64,000 bases of DNA from Opitutaceae bacterium. Its GTDB lineage: Bacteria > Verrucomicrobiota > Verrucomicrobiia > Opitutales > Coraliomargaritaceae. The stretch spans positions 1 to 64,000 of the forward strand of contig JBPOFY010000004.1 of assembly GCA_051252375.1 (NCBI GenBank), written 5' to 3'. Both the position numbers and the translations under genes were made by a program. Shown in pieces: positions 60,917 to 64,000 of the stretch. The notes beneath the pieces were generated by a model. That model saw only the letters and a list, made by a program, of their open reading frames with translations, was not told the origin of the DNA and did not search any database. Numbering within the stretch: position 1 is the stretch's first letter; the number at the start of each line of letters is the position of its first letter.

Positions 60917-60959
60917 GTATAGCGCTGAGCGATGCCAACTGAGTTAACCACCACACTCC

Positions 60960-61340
60960 CTAGGAGGTGGCTTCGCCGCCGCGGGGAAAGTGTTTCTGGA
61001 CCATCTCCTCTACGATGTCGGAATAGAGGGAAGGCTTGTTGTAGTAATTCACACCATGGGCCTCAAGCTGATCGATATCCGAGCCGCTTAGCTGACCGGA
61101 GACAACGACTACTTTGATGCCACGTGGCATACCCTTGGTCTCAACGGCAAAGAGGGAGCCATTTCCGTCCGGCACTTGTTGGTCGGCGATCAAGATATCT
61201 ATATTCAAACTTTCGTCCTTAAGAATCGATCTGGCATGAGCAATATCGAGGGCAGGAAATACCGTGTGACCCCGGCTTTCGATTTGCTCACAGGCAACCG
61301 CAGAGAGCTCAGGTTCATCTTCAAGGAGTAGGACGTTCAT
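60960..61340 (-). CDS. Single-domain response regulator receiver
   Basis: VLLLEDE, DILIAD..VPDGNG, VVSG, KP. Confidence 0.9.
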   Translation of the reverse strand: MNVLLLEDEPELSAVACEQIESRGHTVFPALDIAHARSILKDESLNIDILIADQQVPDGNGSLFAVETKGMPRGIKVVVVSGQLSGSDIDQLEAHGVNYYNKPSLYSDIVEEMVQKHFPRGGEATS

Positions 61341-61477
61341 GTGTGCAAAGTAAGCTCCCGTGAAACTGGGTCGAATACAAAATATTGAGTTTCGAGCAAA
61401 AATACCCGCGAACAAAATGACTATATAATTTCACGAGATACTCGCAACAAAACTGAAGCGGCCCCGATTACAATCAC

Positions 61478-62530
61478 ATGAAACACCTACCTATACTCTC
61501 ACTCCTAGCCTTCATCGGAGGCTCAGCCATCGCACAACAAAGCAACGGGATTACGTTCTCTCAGGTCGTCGCTCGACATGATGCAAATAAGGACGGCGTG
61601 ATCAGCAAAGCTGAGTTCACCGGCAATCCAGTGCTGTTCAATCGCATGGACGGCAATCACGATGGATCTGTCAACGAAGCCGAATTTCTAGCCGCCCAAA
61701 AGAGACTCAATCAATTGCGCGACCAATCCAGCAGGCAGAGTCCAGCACGTGCGCTTCCAGCAGACGTCACAGTGAAACGCGACATCGAATATGCTTCGAT
61801 TGATGGCCAATCTCTAAAGTTGGACCTATACTTGCCCAAAGCCACTGAGGCCACCCCTCCCCTAATCGTCTGGATACACGGAGGCGGCTGGAAAAGTGGC
61901 GACAAGGCCAACATGCCCCCAGCCGTCCTGCGTCTCTCGGGTGAAGGTTACGCGATCGCCAGCATAAACTATCGGCTCAAGGACCTCTCGATCCACCCGA
62001 AGAATATCCACGACTGCAAGGGAGCGGTTCGCTGGTTGCGCGCCCACGCAGAAACATATAGCTACGACCCCGAACGGATTGCAGTGGCTGGCAGCTCCGC
62101 CGGCGGGCACCTCGCCCTACTGCTAGGCTTGAGCTCAAGCGTCAATGCATTGGAAGGCGAAGTCGGCGGCAACACCGACCAAGGTAGCTCAGTCAAAGCG
62201 ATCGTCGATTTCTATGGGCCAAGCGAGCTCGTCGTCATGGCAGCAGACAGTGAGCGCTTCAAACGCGCGCACGAATTTACCGAGGCACAAGTAAAGGACG
62301 CATCACCATTGACTTATCTCACCGACAAAGCGCCACCAGTGCTGATATTTCACGGCGACAAGGATGGGACGGTGCCAGTTGGCCAAAGCCAATTACTCCA
62401 CGATCGTTATCAAGAACGCTCCCTCAATTCGCAGCTGCACATACTCAATGGCGCAGGGCATGGCGGCCCAGCATTCACGAGCGATGCCATCTACGAGCAG
62501 ATTAAAAGCTTTCTAAAGACACACCTATAA
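61478..62530 (+). CDS. Secreted alpha/beta-hydrolase esterase with N-terminal EF-hand pair
   Basis: DANKDGVISKAEF, DGNHDGSVNEAEF; IHGGGW, GSSAGGHL, HGDKD..VP, GAGHG. Confidence 0.92.
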   Translation: MKHLPILSLLAFIGGSAIAQQSNGITFSQVVARHDANKDGVISKAEFTGNPVLFNRMDGNHDGSVNEAEFLAAQKRLNQLRDQSSRQSPARALPADVTVKRDIEYASIDGQSLKLDLYLPKATEATPPLIVWIHGGGWKSGDKANMPPAVLRLSGEGYAIASINYRLKDLSIHPKNIHDCKGAVRWLRAHAETYSYDPERIAVAGSSAGGHLALLLGLSSSVNALEGEVGGNTDQGSSVKAIVDFYGPSELVVMAADSERFKRAHEFTEAQVKDASPLTYLTDKAPPVLIFHGDKDGTVPVGQSQLLHDRYQERSLNSQLHILNGAGHGGPAFTSDAIYEQIKSFLKTHL

Positions 62531-62602
62531 TACGAGCGCCGACAATTGATACATTCAAACCCGTGCGCGGAAAAGCCGCATAGCTTTAACAACTAAAAGC
62601 AC

Positions 62603-63451
62603 TTACTCCAAGAAGTGCTCCGCAGGGATGACTTCATCAAACTCTTTGATCCGGATATTGCGGTAGAAAATTTCAGCTGTCTCAGATTGAAATCCGAAGA
62701 TACCAGCTGCGGGCTTAAGATTAAACGCCACGTTCACGACTTCGCCATTCAGTTTATGAATCGCATACTGGTCACCCATCACGATGACTTCACATTGGTT
62801 CCATTCATCATTCAGCGCGTTGTAGTTTTCAGTCGGGGCAGCGAGGTGCATCCAGCCCTTCGGCTCCAGCACACCCCCCTCGTCCGGGTGCAGGTAGGTC
62901 TTACCGTCCGGCACTCGATACCAGTCATAGCCTGCGCCGCCGGGTCGAATGAAATCGCCAGTATGATTGCGGTTCTTGGTATGATCGTAACGAATCTGAT
63001 ATTCAATGCCGACCGGCCAGACATCGTCCTTCACCACGTGGTAATAGAGCCCGGCATCATATTGCCATTGGTCGAAATTATTCGCGATGCGCGAGCCCCA
63101 CTTGTATTCGAAGCGAAGGATGTATTTGCTGTAGGACTTCTTGCAGTAAAAGAGACCATGCGTCTCGTTATCACCAGTATTCAGTGTATACTCATCTGGA
63201 AATGAATCGTCGAAGACGTGCACAGCGCCATCCTCAATAGCAAACACCTGTTGCGCCAAGGCATCGTCACCATTTCGGATTTTAAGATACCAACCATCAA
63301 AATCTTCACCATTGAAGATCACCTCAAAACCCTCCTCAACTGAATCCTCAATCGTAGAAGCCTCAGGTTTTACGTAACTACGGCAGCCTACAAATTGCAG
63401 AGCAGCGATACAGACAGACCAAGCGAATATTTTTCTAAGGGTATCATTCAT
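62603..63451 (-). CDS. DUF1080 family lipoprotein
   Basis: Lipobox-like FVGC; IFNGEDFDGW, LRFEYKWG, DAGLYYH, IEYQI, EWNQCEV, GFQSE.AEIFYRNI. Confidence 0.9.
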   Translation of the reverse strand: MNDTLRKIFAWSVCIAALQFVGCRSYVKPEASTIEDSVEEGFEVIFNGEDFDGWYLKIRNGDDALAQQVFAIEDGAVHVFDDSFPDEYTLNTGDNETHGLFYCKKSYSKYILRFEYKWGSRIANNFDQWQYDAGLYYHVVKDDVWPVGIEYQIRYDHTKNRNHTGDFIRPGGAGYDWYRVPDGKTYLHPDEGGVLEPKGWMHLAAPTENYNALNDEWNQCEVIVMGDQYAIHKLNGEVVNVAFNLKPAAGIFGFQSETAEIFYRNIRIKEFDEVIPAEHFLE

Positions 63452-63730
63452 AAACTTCAGGGGATCGATTGATTACTGTGAAAGTTGAGACGTATATATC
63501 GCCTCTACTACAAAAAAAGGGAAGCGCCATTTAAGATATAGTATGATGGCAACGGTAGACAAAAAAGGTGTCGCACCCACATATCTCGCCACGCCGTTCG
63601 TTTAGTTTAATTGGCGACCTTTCAGGCAATACCCGAAGCAATCTTTCGATCGGCCTCCTCATTTTTCACATATCGAAAACAAGAAAGACCTTTGATTTAT
63701 TCATTTCACGTTATAGATTGATACTAGTAA

Positions 63731-64000
63731 ATGCTCCGATACCTCTGCCTAGTTTTAATCACGATTAGCCCCTTCGTCTGTAAGCATGCGGCGGCAGACA
63801 TCGCGTTGGAACATTTGACGACAGAATCGGGCATCGAATTTGTTAATGGCCTATTTCGCGACAGCCAAGGTTACCTCTGGGCAACCACCAATACGCAGGG
63901 CCTAGCGCGATTCGACGGCAGATCCACCAAATGGTATCGACACGACCAAGACGACCCCACCAGCCTCTCCAACAACCGAGCTCAAGGCGTTTCTGAAGAC
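63731..64000 (+). CDS. Two-component regulator propeller (Reg_prop) protein, probably a hybrid sensor kinase; 3'-truncated by window
   Basis: Manual translation: MLRYLCLVLITISPF..EHLTTESG..FRDSQGYLWATT..GLARFDG..YRHD.DDPTSLSNN. Confidence 0.85.
   Translation, partial: MLRYLCLVLITISPFVCKHAAADIALEHLTTESGIEFVNGLFRDSQGYLWATTNTQGLARFDGRSTKWYRHDQDDPTSLSNNRAQGVSED

Overview
64 kb of bacterial chromosome, most likely Verrucomicrobiota (Opitutales, Coraliomargarita/Lentimonas-like). This is inferred from PEP-CTERM proteins, SHD1-like domains, DUF1080 and Tat-exported sugar enzymes. The window opens in the 3' part of purL and continues through an AT-rich accessory patch, a Y1/HUH (RAYT-like) transposase with perfect 30-bp terminal inverted repeats, and many housekeeping and secreted-protein genes. 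It ends in the start of a Reg_prop sensor gene. I saw no rRNA, tRNA or CRISPR array. Main signals: (1) Five signal-peptide proteins with four different cargo types end in a similar ~60-90 aa C-terminal module (..Y.l..s.dL...W.....FY.l), a candidate lineage-specific export or sorting signal; two of them are beta-helix adhesin-like proteins with no autotransporter barrel. (2) There is a layered set of short mobile repeats: covarying GGAG-REPs, GTAG-REPs, a 23-bp element nested in other palindromes, IS4-like MITEs with 11-bp target duplications, and 7- and 8-mer microsatellites. Several of these sit in-frame inside purL. (3) An orphan Hcp has a Sec-like signal peptide and lies between duplicated copies of a globin 3' end. 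(4) A membrane-anchor + linker + SHD1-like module is shared by two different putative glycan enzymes. All calls are by motif recognition; no searches were run.
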